Positions 12,640-25,536 are shown, counted from the whole stretch's first letter. The stretch is DNA of 63,082 nt, filler included, from Chiloscyllium plagiosum (GCF_004010195.1; 7 parts of one record of this genome joined end to end with filler, not necessarily neighbours in it), one strand, 5' to 3'. Numbers and translations are program-made. Notes: generated by a model not told the origin, from the sequence alone.

Positions 12640-13800
12640 TTAGTAATGTGATCACCAGTATCAAGAATCCAATCTGACAAATTACCATACAGCAGCCCAC
12701 CCTCAACTGTCAGTAAACTGATGGAAACTGTCACTGACAGTCGCTCATATTCAGAACGAATCTGCTCATTGATTTTTAGTTTGGTTTGTGAATGAATTCC
12801 CCTGTGCCTGGACTCAATACAACCCTTGGTCCAAGCAAGGGCTAAGGAGCTAAACTCCTGAGAGGAGGTCAGAATATTGGCCCTCAACATCAAAACAGCA
12901 TTTCCCTAGTGCGATTAAAAGGATTTAGCAAAATCTAAGGGAATATGAATTGAGGGAGAACTCTCCATTTGTTGGGAGTTATATGCAGTACAACAGATGA
13001 TAGTTGTAGTTGTTGGTCAACCCTGGACATCATTTCTTGAATTCCTCAGGGCACTGTCCTTGGATTAACCACTTTCAGCTATTTCATCTATGATTTCTCT
13101 CCATCATAAGTCATTAAAAGTTACTCCTCCTCAGATACTGAAACAGTCAATGTTCATAAGCAACAAAATTGGACAATATTTCAACTTGAGTGATAAGTAA
13201 CTAGTAACATTTAATCCACAGAAGTGGCACAGAATGGCCATCCCCAAAATGAGAAAAATTAGCCATCTGTCTTAACATTCAATAATATTACTATCACCGA
13301 AACCACCACCGACAAAATTCTGCGGATTACCATTGACCAGGTAATTGACTGGATCAGCCATGACCGCAGCAGCAGGTCAGGAACCAGAAATCTTCCATTG
13401 AGTCATCAACCTCTTGATTCCCCAAAGTCTATCCATTATCTGAAGACTCAAGTCAGAAATGTGATGGAATGCTCTCCACTTGCCTGGAAGAGGACAAATC
13501 CAACGTCTTATAAGCTAAAATCATACAGGACTAAGAAGTCTGCTTGATTAGTACCCTTTACCACTCCCTAAAATATTCACTCTTTCCATCAGCAATGCAC
13601 AATCCCCACATTGTGCAGCATCTCCACAGGACAAATGCAACTCATCAAGATTTCTCAGCGTGTGACCTCTGTCAGCTAGAAAGTCGAGAACAACAGAGGG
13701 AAACACGAAGACCCACAATTCCCTGCCAACTGACACACCATTCTGATTTAAACTAATCAACCACTCCTGTACTCTGACTTCTGTATTCACCATCACCTTT
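12640..13800 (+). mobile_element. Old CR1/L2-group LINE RT fragment
   Basis: Degenerate ttcctcagggcactgtccttgga..ttcagctatttcatctatga (PQGxxLG..FSxFIxD); similar to 57580-58260. Confidence 0.65.
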
Positions 13801-14394
13801 GCAAGGCAATCGCCACCATTTGAAGAACTACTACAGCCCATAAAAAAATTTTAAAAGGGCTACAATTATGCAAATTGGCCAAAATAGAAGCTGAACAATC
13901 ATAAGCACATAATAATTAAATTCTAACATTGAAAATTATTTAAAATAATCCAGGCAAAATTAACAATTTTTCGAATGTTCATGGGCTGACAATACTGTAT
14001 GCACATAACTTTCATCTTTTCAGTTGTCAGCTGGCTCAGTTCATGACCTACCTGTTTGCAGTAATTTGCCATTGAAATAATTGATTTTCAAATATTAAAG
14101 CTTGCTACCTTTCAAGAATCTGAGAAATATTCTTCACTTCCTCAAAGTAAATTTATTTGAATAATATACATCAGTTATATTGCTTGTGAATTTTTAGTCA
14201 TTCATGGAAATGAAAATATTATTTCATGTGAAATTGTTAAGCATTTCTGTTGCTGATTTCCATCCTAAGATAATTCTTATTCTGAATAATTGCAAATGTA
14301 TAAATATCATTTATTAAAGAGATTGGTCACCTGAAATCTTAAATGTTCATTTTGGGAAAATTGCTTAAATGGAAATGATTTAGTTTCCCTTCAG

Positions 14395-15035
14395 TTTATT
14401 TTCAGACGTTTTGTCACTACACTAGGTAACATCATTAGTGATGCCTCTGGATGAAGCACTAGTGGTATGGCCTGCTTTCTATTTATGTGTTTAGGTTTCC
14501 TTGGGTTGGTGATGTCATTTCCTGTTCTTTTTCTTGGTGGGGGGGGGTGATATTTGGGATCCAAGTCAATGTGTTGTTGATAGACTTCCGGTTGGAATAC
14601 TATGCTTGTCAGAATTCTCATGCATGCCTCTGTTTGGCTTGTCTTCGGGTGGATGTGTTGTTCCAGTCAAAGTGGTGCCCTTCCTCGTCTGTATGTAAGG
14701 ATACTAGTGAGAGAGTGTCATGTCTTTTTGTGGTTAGTTGATGTTCATGTATTCTGGCAGCTAGTTTTCTGCCTATTTGTCCAGTGTAGTGCATGTTACA
14801 GTTCTTGCAAGGTATTTTGTCAATGACATTACTTCTGCTTGTCGCCTGTATAGGGCCTTTCAAGTTCATTCTCATGCAGGAGACATCACCAACCCAAGGA
14901 AACCTAAACACAAACAGAAAGCGGGCCATACCACCAGTGCTTCATCCACAGGCTCACGAACGATATTACCTAGTATGGTGATGCAATGTCTGAAAACGAA
15001 ACTTCCAGCTCAGTGAGCAAACCTACATCCAGAAA
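14395..15035 (-). mobile_element. Penelope-like element fragment (GIY-YIG endonuclease end) flanked by inverted pseudo-LTRs
   Basis: ORF 14618-14929(-) contains NVIDKIPCKNCNMHYTGQIGRKLAARIHEH..GHHFDW; 14400-14525 is an inverted copy of 14877-15000. Confidence 0.88.
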
Positions 15036-15719
15036 ATGTATCTTTTTAATTCACTAAATACATAACCAATGTGGTGGAGGACTATCACCCATAAATGCAA
15101 GCAGTAAAAACTGGCAACTACATCAGACAACATGTCATCTGAATACAATGTTTTTCCTTGTTATTGTCAAAAACACCATGACTACAACATAATTATTTGT
15201 GAATGAACATATTACAAAGCTATGTATGGATTCTGATCCTTACCCTCTCCTGAACACAATTATCTATCTCCATATGCTGCTAATATATTTGCACCTGTAT
15301 TAAATTATCAACTTAGTGTTGCAACATACATTACATTATACAGTCTGGAGTCACATTATCTTCTGTCAGTTTTAAAAATTAATTAAATACAGTGCAGAAG
15401 CTGGAAAAGTGATATTACATTTCTAATTTTTAAAATCTTAAGAAGTGATTCTTTATGGCCCTATAAAATAACTAATTCTGTGTGTAGATATAATGGAAAC
15501 AATGCAAGAATTCCTCTTTTAATAGCCTTTTCGAGGAAATTGTTCTCTTTCAGCAGTCTGCACTCATAGGGCAGTCTGAAAGACTGAATAGAGTTTTTAC
15601 AATGTCATCGAACAGGAACACTAATGGTAATTATCTTTGGTTATTTAATTTGCTACAAAACACCTGCAGAAAATTAAAATTCAACGTTTAGTTTGAAAAT
15701 GGAAATATTGATAAATCTC

Positions 15720-16330
15720 TAGAAGTTAATTTCCTCCTGTCTGGAATCCCTTTTAGTCAGAATTGAAAAGTAAAGTGCTGCAAAGAACTCAGAAATACAG
15801 ATTGTGAACATAAAGGAATCTGGAATCAAAGAATATGTGCATGCATGAGTACTGGGTGTATTGGTATTATGCAACAAGATAGAATTAATTAATGAACTCA
15901 TAGTGAAGGTGTCCCTAGATAGTAGCAATCATAAGATGATTAAATTTTACATTCAGTTTGAAGCAGACAGGAGTGGGTTGAAAACAATTTTTAAATATTC
16001 AAATAAGAACAATTTTTAGAGCATAAAATCAGATCTGGCTACAGTGAATTGGCAAATTATGTTGAAGAAAAGGTTAATAGAGATGCAATGGTAGACATTC
16101 AAAGGAATACTACAAAGTACAGACATTTCAAGAAGTTATAAATATTCCGAGGGAAGATATCTATGCAAAGACAGGTGGGAAGACAAAAAATTGAGAAAAT
16201 ATAAAATCAAAGAATGACAAAAAATTAATAAGGAAAAAAATTATGAGTGAAAGATTAGAGTCGAGGAGATAGCTAGCCAGAAAAATAAAAATACTATAAA
16301 TATTTAAAGAAGAAGAATTACAATGTGAAA
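15720..16330 (+). mobile_element. Highly decayed CR1 ORF2 fragment
   Basis: Remnant tagatagtagcaatcataagatgattaaattt (LGxSDHxxIxF-like) and downstream CR1 linker composition. Confidence 0.45.
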
Positions 16331-16491
16331 AGTAGTCCTATCATCCATCATAGGGAACATGCTGAAAGCTATTCTTAATTAGCAGATCAAGCTAATCAAA
16401 GTCAAAAATGATTTTATGAAGTAGTGGTCATGGTTGACCAGAGCTCTACCTGACAACAGCCCACTGATTGTTATATCTGGCGCTGATTGGT

Positions 16492-16497
<6 letters not shown>

Positions 16498-16535
<38 letters not shown>
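16498..16535. repeat. (GA)n microsatellite
   Basis: Direct observation. Confidence 0.95.
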
Positions 16536-16538
<3 letters not shown>

Positions 16539-18489
16539 CCAGAGCCTACAGACAGAAACGTAGATCTTTCCTTCTCCATGTAGATAAAAGACTGAAAAAC
16601 CAGAAAGCTTAAAATAAAGAATTCTAAAACAAGGAAAGGCCCAAATCCAGCTGATCAACCATTGAATCAAAGAAGGATCTTTACCCCTTGACAGCAGCAT
16701 GTTTAAAGGATTGTAAGAAAATAATTTTCTAGCTGGTGATCTGGAGTTTTGATTTAAATTTTGTTTACCATCTCTATATTCTTTTTCCACCCATAGTATG
16801 GGTATTAAGTCATTTGTTATTTGTACTGATTGTGTGTCAGCATGTATTTGAGGTGTGGTATAAAGGAATATAGCTTAAGTTGCATAACATTAATTAGAAA
16901 TATTTTCTTTTTCTGTTCTTCTTAAAGTTGTGAGTTATAGTAGTTATTTTTGGTTACTGATTCATCCTGGTTTTGTACTGGATAGCAGTCAGGCAGGTAA
17001 ATTGGTCATTTTGATGGATTTACTGAGATTGTATACATCTAGAAATTTTTTAAGGCTTATGGAACACTGAGACAAGACTTTGTCATGACAGTTTGTACAT
17101 GGTGTGTATGTTTTGTGAACTTTGTGAGCAAAAAAAAAACTGGGTGAAGAGCTAGTCACTCAAACATGATAATGGACGACTGCATAAAAGCCACATCAAG
17201 GGTTTTTGACTCTTCACAATCACCTTGAAGATATACCTTAAGGCTATATTCTTTCTGGAGACCAGTGGACAGTGCACAAAGCCTCTAATAGGGGTCTTCC
17301 AGTTGCTGTACCCTTGGGGCTATTGTGCAATGACTTGTCATTTCAAACATATTCCATTTATTTCCCTGGAGCTCCTCCTTCCTTTGAGAACTGTGGGAGC
17401 TGAGATCAAGAATGGTGACCATCCCACTCAGCCTTAGAAAGACTAGGCTCAGAAGCATCTTCTGTGCTGATGCCAGTTTCTTACAAAGTTGGCATAAGAA
17501 GAGAACATGGTCAGTGCATTTTCCACCCAACACCAGAACTCTTACTGCCTGTGGAACTTGGACATTGTTGTGCCATGTCTGTAAAAATAAAAAAAATGCC
17601 CCCACCTCGCAGCATCTCAAAACAACCCAGGGGCTGAGGCAGGCAGCACTACCCCTCCTGCGACTCTATTTTTGCATCCAAACCTATGGGTGTGCAGTCA
17701 GCATCGATGGCTAATGTTACTGAGACTGTCAGCAGAGAGGGTTGGAACATCCACGTGTAAAGAAAGTATGGGAAAAACATCTTGAGGCAAACACCCAGAT
17801 AGCATGAGCCAGCTCATGTGCAACTCTGATTATGCTTGAGACTATGATAATGCTCACTTTGGCCAAATTTGCACAGTTCACAGCAGACTTTTTTTTTATT
17901 CTGGAAGGTACCTAACTATTCTAATCCCAGTCAGGGCTCCTGGCAGATTCTGTCCCCAATCCTGTAACCACAGCTGTTAGCAGATGTCATTCAAACCTCA
18001 GGAGAATGAAACAGATCGCTCTGCCCAGACAGTCCCTCAAAGAGATTAAAAGGAATGCCTATCTAAGGAACAGGTGCAAGATCTGCCAGTACAATGTGAT
18101 CACCCATCAACAGGTCCAGCTTCTTGCAGGCAGAAGCAAGCCAGGCCAATAAATCTGAACAGTAAACACAAGGTCAATTCCCCTAGAAACTGGTGCAAAT
18201 GAATAAAATGGGCCCACATGTCTGCCCACTGGGTGGCAAAAGGAAAGGGGAAAGCACCTATTTCTAGAAGGTACCAAGGTACTGGTGTTGAGTTTTAAGG
18301 TGTTCTCTGTATTGCTGTATGGCCTCAAATCTAAATTGTTGTCTCTGCTGGCCTAGATTCCTGCAGGAGTCCAAGGAGCTCCCTCCTCCTGTGATTGCTG
18401 AGTTGGATGTTGTAAAATATAACCCACCCCCTGCAGCTTCTGGATGGAATTGTGTGTGTGGGTGAGTGTTTTAAAAAATTCTCAAGGTC

Positions 18490-18730
18490 AGGTTCGTAGG
18501 AGAGTAGTCTGACACAGAACAAACGACCAAGAGGCGAGTCTGCTAGAATATGAGCATTTTATCCCCCGCAGCGTCGCCACAACCAGGTCCCATACTTACA
18601 ACGGGTCTGGCTTATACTCACTCTACATGTTACCGGAACTGGGAGCCGTCAGTTCTCGTAGAGCGGTTGCCAACAACCCACGCTCGGCGGTTAAACGTAA
18701 CCCCGGAGCAGACTCACCGAACTGGAGACT
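18490..18730 (-). promoter_or_regulatory. CpG-rich, non-repetitive promoter-like island
   Basis: About 17 CpGs in 240 bp against a CpG-poor background; three minus-strand 5' splice-site consensus matches. Confidence 0.4.
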
Positions 18731-18918
18731 TTTCCAGCTGATATACTCTTTTCCAGATATAAACATTCATGTGAAAAAACACATTCCATTCTGGTTACAT
18801 ACAGATAAGAAGATTCACACGGGGAGGTGTGTAATAAGATTCACACGGGACTAAGCAACACCTCCATTCCGGTTAGATTCACACATGTATTGGGACATAA
18901 TTTTTAACCGTTTCACCA

Positions 18919-18920
<2 letters not shown>

Positions 18921-18960
<40 letters not shown>
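18921..18960. repeat. (GT)20 microsatellite followed by a degenerate alternating purine-pyrimidine tract
   Basis: Direct observation. Confidence 0.95.
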
Positions 18961-18963
<3 letters not shown>

Positions 18964-19214
18964 CGCGCGAATGTGTGAGAGACAGTGTGCGCATGTGTGA
19001 AAGTTGTGTATAATTGTGTGAAAGCGTGTACGTGTATGAGCGTGCTCCTACTGACTGAGTTTCCTTCATTATATTTCAATGTTGTTCAAGCACATGTACT
19101 AAGTACAGTTACTGAACAACTATAGAAAATCAATTTGCTTTTAAATAGGTAACTCATATAACCCACAGTCAAAAGTAGTTCTGATAATTCTTCTTACATT
19201 TCATATCCAAACTC

Positions 19215-19362
19215 AGGGCTGGCCCACAGTACCATGACCTCTGCCACAGGGACAGCAAGGAGGCTATTCCCCAAACAATATCAGCTGGAAGGGGAATCAA
19301 ACCCCAACTGTTGACACCAATCTGTCTATACCAGCTGTCCAACTAATTGAGCTAACCAACCC
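19215..19362 (-). mobile_element. Old tRNA-derived SINE remnant
   Basis: Minus strand ggttggttagctcaattagttgg (A box) and ggtttgattcc (B box). Confidence 0.5.
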
Positions 19363-21014
19363 ATGAGGGAGTCAGAGTTGCTGTGGCAATATACCCTTTA
19401 AACTGCATATTCTACCTGAAGCTATAGTAAGTGATGGTAGAGACTCTGATCATTCTAGCTGCTGCAAAATAAATAATCATCTTATAAATACAATATTCCA
19501 TGTGGCCAATGCCCTTTTCGTTAAAGGATTCAACATCTTCCTAAGAATTGTAGAATTGCTATCGACCTATATCCTAACAGTTAAATTTTAAATGCATCGG
19601 AAATATTAATCCTGCTTTGCTAAGTAACCAAACATTATGTGGATATTGTGTTGCAAACTGCAGATCATAATTTGGACTTATTAACCTTCATGCACCAAAA
19701 AGCACATGAAGCAGCTTGAAGCACACATTTATATCTGCTTTCTGAAACTTGTCTTTTTCTTCCATGGAATAGGTCACTAGCATGAAGCCAGAGGCGAGAA
19801 GCAGTTAGAAGAACTTGAAGGTTGATGTTTAACACATTTGGCTGCATAATCAAATTGACTTCCATGGTCATTAGATCCTGTAGTGAGATTAAAACCAGAA
19901 TTTCTGCCTTATTAATATAATTGCTACTTAGTGGAGCACAGGACATCCCCCAATTATGCCTCACTCAAAATAATTGGAAACAAATTACGTAAACTATTTG
20001 AAGACAAAGACTTTCAAACCAGATGACTATACCAGTCCAGTCAATAAAATATATTGTGCATTTAGCCATTTCCACCTTTCCAAACCTGGGGTCCAGATAT
20101 ATAAGAACATAAAAGTCACATTACAGAGAACTTAATTGATCCGTACTTTTGGAAATATGGAAGAAATTCTAGGTATTCGTGTACGAAACAAACTGTTTTC
20201 AGAAAAAAATGAACTGAATTTTAATCCACAACACTTATTGCAATAACCAATACAAGTAAACCCTGTGTCTAATCATATATCCTAGAACTTATATTCAAAA
20301 TTGGAGATCGCTGTTAGATTTTTAACTAAAGAATGTGGTTATAAAGAATCTGAAAGATAACTGAATTGCATTGCTATCAGAAAGCAATCATATCTTCTCC
20401 AATGAAGCAAAACTCAATACATCTGTGGAACAGAGATCATTACATCGCTGAACAAGAGCACAACTTTTGAAATGTTATTTGCATTACCCCGGTTTTACTC
20501 TCACCAATCCAATGAGTAGTGCACAGCAAGATGGCAAAACTGGTATTTACTTTTTGTATTTCCGAACTGTTAATAAGGCTGTAATTAATAAAGATGTAAT
20601 TGGATAGAAAGAGCGGTCAGATTGCTTTATGAAACGTAGGCAAAGATTACCAGAAGGAATTCATTAACACATCTAGGATGCAATTAAACTCTGCTGTCTG
20701 GGCTGTCAGGTCTCTATCATACTGTAATCATCTCCAGGTCCACTGTAGGAGGAGAATCTTAAGCAAGTTTCATTACCAGAGTTTGTAAGGATAGATAATA
20801 GTAGTGACAGAAAACAAATGACAAATTTCAAAGATTATGTGACATGTTCAAAAACATTGAGAATAACATGAGATTCTGTACAGTTTGAGGCATATATATG
20901 AATTTATACCAGTGCAATTTCTTCAACTTTGCTCAAATCTATAATGTTTTTTTCTTTCGTACTGGCTTAACACCTAACAGTTTTACATGACTTCAATATA
21001 TTCGTAATGAACAA

Positions 21015-21345
21015 TAGCACGGTGACCCAGTGGTTAGCACTGCTGCATCACAGCACCAGGGATTTGGGTTCGATTCCAGCCTCAGGTGACTGTCTGTATG
21101 GCGGTTGCACATTCAATCCCCTGTCTGCATGGGTTTCCTCCGGGTGCTCCGGTTTCCTCCCACAATCCAAAGATGTGCAAGTTAGGTGAATTGGTTGTGC
21201 TAAATTGCCCATAGTGTTCAGGAATGTGTAGGGTGGGTGCATTAGTCAGGGGTTAAATGTAGGAGAATGGGTCTGGGTGGGACACTCTTCGGAGGGTCAG
21301 TTTGTATTTTTTGGGCTGAAGGGCCTATTTCCATACTATCGGGAT
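21015..21345 (+). mobile_element. HE1-like V-SINE (more diverged copy)
   Basis: Same A/B boxes and central domain as 4038-4355. Confidence 0.88.
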
Positions 21346-22371
21346 TCCAATTCGCCGAAGTTAGTTTTATTAATTTCCTTCATAATCCTGACAATGTAAT
21401 TAGACCACTAAGTTCTTTTTTCATCTTTTCCCAAGAAAATAAAAAACAATGTGCATTTATAGAAGAATAAGGGAACTGGATGTCACAACTTCCTCAGCCT
21501 TTCCTTTTTAACTTAAACACCAATAGGGATCACCTTTGTTATTAATCTTTGAACTCACTCAAGGGCAGTAATACATTAATTGTGATTGGGACCAGATTTA
21601 AATGCAGTATTCCTAATGAGATTTTGTTCTGCATTATTCACTCTCCATTCTATTTCTTTGAAGGTTACAATGTCAAGTTCGTAAATTTATTAATTCAATT
21701 CAACCTGTGCCTGATTACGCTACCTGCTTTGATGATAATTCCCCCCTTACAGCCACTGAACAAGAAGATTACACAAAGAGCATAGGTAGCTCTAAACAGT
21801 ATTATCCCCGATAAATGGAGAGGTTCTATGAACATTCTCCCTCATCTAAGGTTTCATTATTTGGGTCCCTCCATACTTATAGCATTTGATCAATAGATTC
21901 TCCATGATAGGAAAGGATAAAACTAAATCATATATTTCGCTTTCATTAAAGAAGATATGAAGAAACAGGATTAGGAATCAGAAAAAGGAGGTGGTTACAT
22001 TGTAAAAAATGTCATTTTCAATGAATGCTAAATAGAGTAGAATTTAGTTTGATCCAATCCTGTCATGGTAGATGAACTGATCAAATGCTATAAATGTAGA
22101 GGAATGTAGCCACATCAATATATTAACTTGCACTTACGTAATTTTTTAATCTGAATTGTTACCTATTCAATTTTTGAGACTCAGGCACAAATACAGATAA
22201 TTTTAAAATTCATAATCTAGAATCTCTACATTATCTAAAACTAAACTGCTTATTCTACCTTCTAGGTTTATTGCTAAATGTATGTCAAAGACACATTTTT
22301 AAGAAGTTCTGCCACATGAGAATAAAAAGTCTTTTAATCACAATACCATCTGTCTCTTGCACAATAGTGAC

Positions 22372-23492
22372 TGTCATACATTTAAACCTTTTTATAAATA
22401 TCTCAGTCCTATTCTGAACCTCATTCAGAATACTTTGTTGGCAAGCCTTTAGAAGTTCTGCTCATCACCTCCTTACTCTAGTATTAGCAAGGATGACAAG
22501 TGACAGCTTCACAGCACTGACAGGGCAGACCTACAGCCCACCTTCCCTATTCTCAATCCAATTAGACCTTTAATCCTCTAGATGAAAGGCCCAACTATAC
22601 ATGTTCCACATGACAAGGACAGGTATTGATTATTTGTCACTACAGTTAACACTGCCCTTGTTGAAGCTATTCTGACAGAAGCAAGCCTCTCAAATTAGAC
22701 AGCATTTTACCTGCCCCAGAGGACAAATGGCAAAACAAGTGAAGGCTAATAAAAGGTATAAAAATGAACAAATCATAACATTATGACAGGTTGATTGTTC
22801 CCAGCAGTTCAGACAGTGTATTCTGTCAGACTAGTAACAGGACTTGCTCCTCCTCCTTTGCCTATGGTGATGTTTCAACTTTGACTGAATGAAAGGCCAG
22901 AACAATTAAGGAATTTGACCAGCAAAGAGAAGCCTGCATAGTAACTATCGTCAAGAGACACAATGTCAATAGAAGGCTGCATTTGTCAATAGAAACCGAC
23001 ATGACAGGCATATGTCTCAAACATTATCCTTACAAGGTGCTCTCTGTTTTCTTAAGTTTTGTTTCCATCTATAGCTCAAGATCACACTTTATTTTATTGT
23101 TTTGGCTTTTAAATCAGCATAGAAAACAAAATTTAAAATAAAACTAATGTTTTAAATGCATTTGCTACAGTTGAAGTTGGCATATACTGACCAACAAAAT
23201 AGGCAATCATTTTGATAAAGATAAATTACAATAATAGTCTCGGGATGGGGATGACAACTAGATTTTTTTTAATAAATTGCTGACAGCAACTTAATTATAA
23301 GTTATAAAAAGATTAATGCAATATGTTTGACAGTACTATTTCTAATCACACAAAATTTTCCAAAAATAAATGTCAGTCAAATAAAATACTCCCAAAAGCA
23401 TTTCACATTATTTTACAAACGTTGTAACACAAGTCAGATACAAAAAAAAACAGGCTTTTACAAAATATATATTTATTAACAAAGAAATGTCA
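22372..23492. promoter_or_regulatory. Candidate enhancer with a dense cluster of TGACA (Meis/Pknox/TGIF-type) motifs
   Basis: 12 TGACA/TGTCA matches in 22372-23006 and 5 more up to 23492, in sequence with no recognisable repeat. Confidence 0.4.
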
Positions 23493-24289
23493 CATATCTA
23501 TTGTGAAAACTGCAACACAAATTAACATTTTTTTTGTTTTTTTTGCTTTGTATGGAAATCCTCACTCCAAACTAGAGAAAACACTTGACTCTTCAAGAAA
23601 TGCTGCTTGAATTTTGGTAAAGCTGAGGTCTTATTTACTGTTAAGTGTGAAATATCTTGCAGTTTAACTATAAAAGTCAAGAAACAGGCTTTTTCAGAAG
23701 ATTACAAACATTGGCAAACCTGTGCAGTATGTCATGCTCAGTGAACATACATCTTATTCATAACTGCCAGGATACAAATTTTGTTCAAGGACTCTTGAAG
23801 TAAACTTTTCCTTACAACAACTGGACATTGTACTTAAAAAGATGGTCGCCAAAGGTCAAGTAACCTTTTGTGATTTCTAAATAAACAAGGATTAACTCAT
23901 GTCTAAACATGCTTCTGGAAAGTAATTAAAATGTAAATGCTGATGGATGGAAGATTCTCCCTTAAAAATACATTCAAAACGTGAGTACCTTTGAGTTTGT
24001 ATTGCCCCATTGTCTACATTTGAACAGGAATTAAAATCAGTATGTATCTCACTAGACGCAGTGTCTGTGAGCTTGAATCTTAACTTATTACGAGCAGATA
24101 TTAGAGCTACCATTCTTCCCCATTGGGTAACAATGATATACAGCTTTGAATCAGTTGCATGGACAGTAAAATATAAAGCATGTGGTCACATGACTTCAGA
24201 AAACAAAGTTCATTACTTTAAGAATCATGATAAGTCAAGTGAATCTCAACACCAACAGGGGACAAGACGACATATGACCTGGTAAGAAG

Positions 24290-24575
24290 ACCACAATATG
24301 GAGAAGTAGAAGTAGGCCATTCAGCTAATTGAGCCTGCTTCGCTTTTCAATGAGATCATGGTTGATCTGATAATTCTCAACTTAATTTTCCTGCCTTTTT
24401 TGTCATTACCTTTACTGATTAAAGATCTGTCTATCTTAGCCTTGATACACTTAATGACTCAGCCTCAATAGCCTTCTGTGGTAAAGAATTCCACAGTTCA
24501 CAATCCTCTAGGAGAAGAAATTCCTTCACATCCCTGTCTTAAATGTGCGGCTTCTTATTCTGAGACATGTTCCTT
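24290..24575 (-). mobile_element. CR1 3' end fragment
   Basis: Same 3' UTR pattern as 10097-10400 and 26030-26350. Confidence 0.8.
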
Positions 24576-25149
24576 ACATTCGTAATGGACAATTTGCTCA
24601 AAAACCCTCCATATAACCAGTCAATCAAGGCAGTGAGACTGGAACTAATTTGTTCCCACCTACAAAAAGAATGTCTCTCTTCTTCAAAGATGCATGGTTG
24701 CAATCTTAAATGACAAACCCAGAAACATACACGTTTCCTTCACCTCAAAAGAACCACAAAATAAGACCCACCAATCCTTGTAATAAGTCCAACTTAAAGA
24801 ACTGGCTCAAATGTGATTTAGTTTATTTTATGCTTTTTTTATTTGTATTATTTTATTATTATTCTGTTAATAATCTAAGTAAAAGACATCTGTAAAACTT
24901 ATGAATAAACATTTATCTTTTCTTTTCATTTATACTTACCAGGAAGTCTGTTTCATGGCCATGGGATAAACAGTGAGAGTACTGTGATATACAAGTATTG
25001 CAGTTGCATGGAATACGATGCAACGGAATTTAATAATGCATCATTGTTCACATATTCAAATGTACTGGTAGATCTGATGAAGATAATACCATAGAACTTT
25101 GAGACAAAATGTTCCAATTTTATGAAATGCATATCTTAATGATGCTCAC

Positions 25150-25316
25150 CTTTTGTGCTGCAAGATGTAAGGCAGTCCTCTGGCTGCGGTCTGCTTTGTT
25201 GATATTAACTCCAGCCTTAATGAGTGCCTCAGCACAGTCCAATCTGTCAGCAAGTACACAATACATCAGTGGGGTCCGACCAAACTGGTCTTCTGCATCC
25301 TTTATATTTGGATTTG
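25150..25316 (-). CDS. INVS: Internal coding exon of inversin (ankyrin repeats); equivalent to the second coding exon of vertebrate INVS
   Basis: Minus-strand translation NPNIKDAEDQFGRTPLMYCVLADRLDCAEALIKAGVNINKADRSQRTALHLAAQK closely matches human inversin as I recall it (KDKEDQFGRTPLMYCVLADRLDCADALLKAGADVNKTDHSQRTALHLAAQK). Acceptor ttcctcccaactttttaaatccag| and donor AAG|gtgagc; 167 bp, phase 1 to phase 0. No other INVS exon was found in the window. Confidence 0.95.
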
Positions 25317-25411
25317 CTGGATTTAAAAAGTTGGGAGGAAAGAAAAAATTAAGAATTAATTTAAATAAGTAAACACATTAACTATGAGAGTCATAGTGTC
25401 AGATATATTCA

Positions 25412-25536
25412 TTAAAATAAAATAAAGAACTGCGGATGCTGCAAATCTGAAGCAAAAACCGGAATTTCAGCACGTCTGCCACTTGTGGAGCGAAAGCAGA
25501 GTTAATATTTCTGGTCCAGCGATCCTTCTTCATAAG
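25412..25536 (-). mobile_element. Penelope-derived pLTR remnant with a decayed hammerhead motif
   Basis: Minus strand tatgaagaaggatcgctggaccagaaatattaactctg is a mutated CTGAAGAAG-stem-GAAAC motif. Confidence 0.55.

Noticed and set aside
16380..17100. Possible solo LTR around the (GA)n tract
   Set aside because: Composition is suggestive, but no TG...CA termini, target-site duplication or PBS could be identified.
25109..25372. Plus-strand 87-aa ORF overlapping the INVS exon
   Set aside because: Antisense shadow of the real exon.
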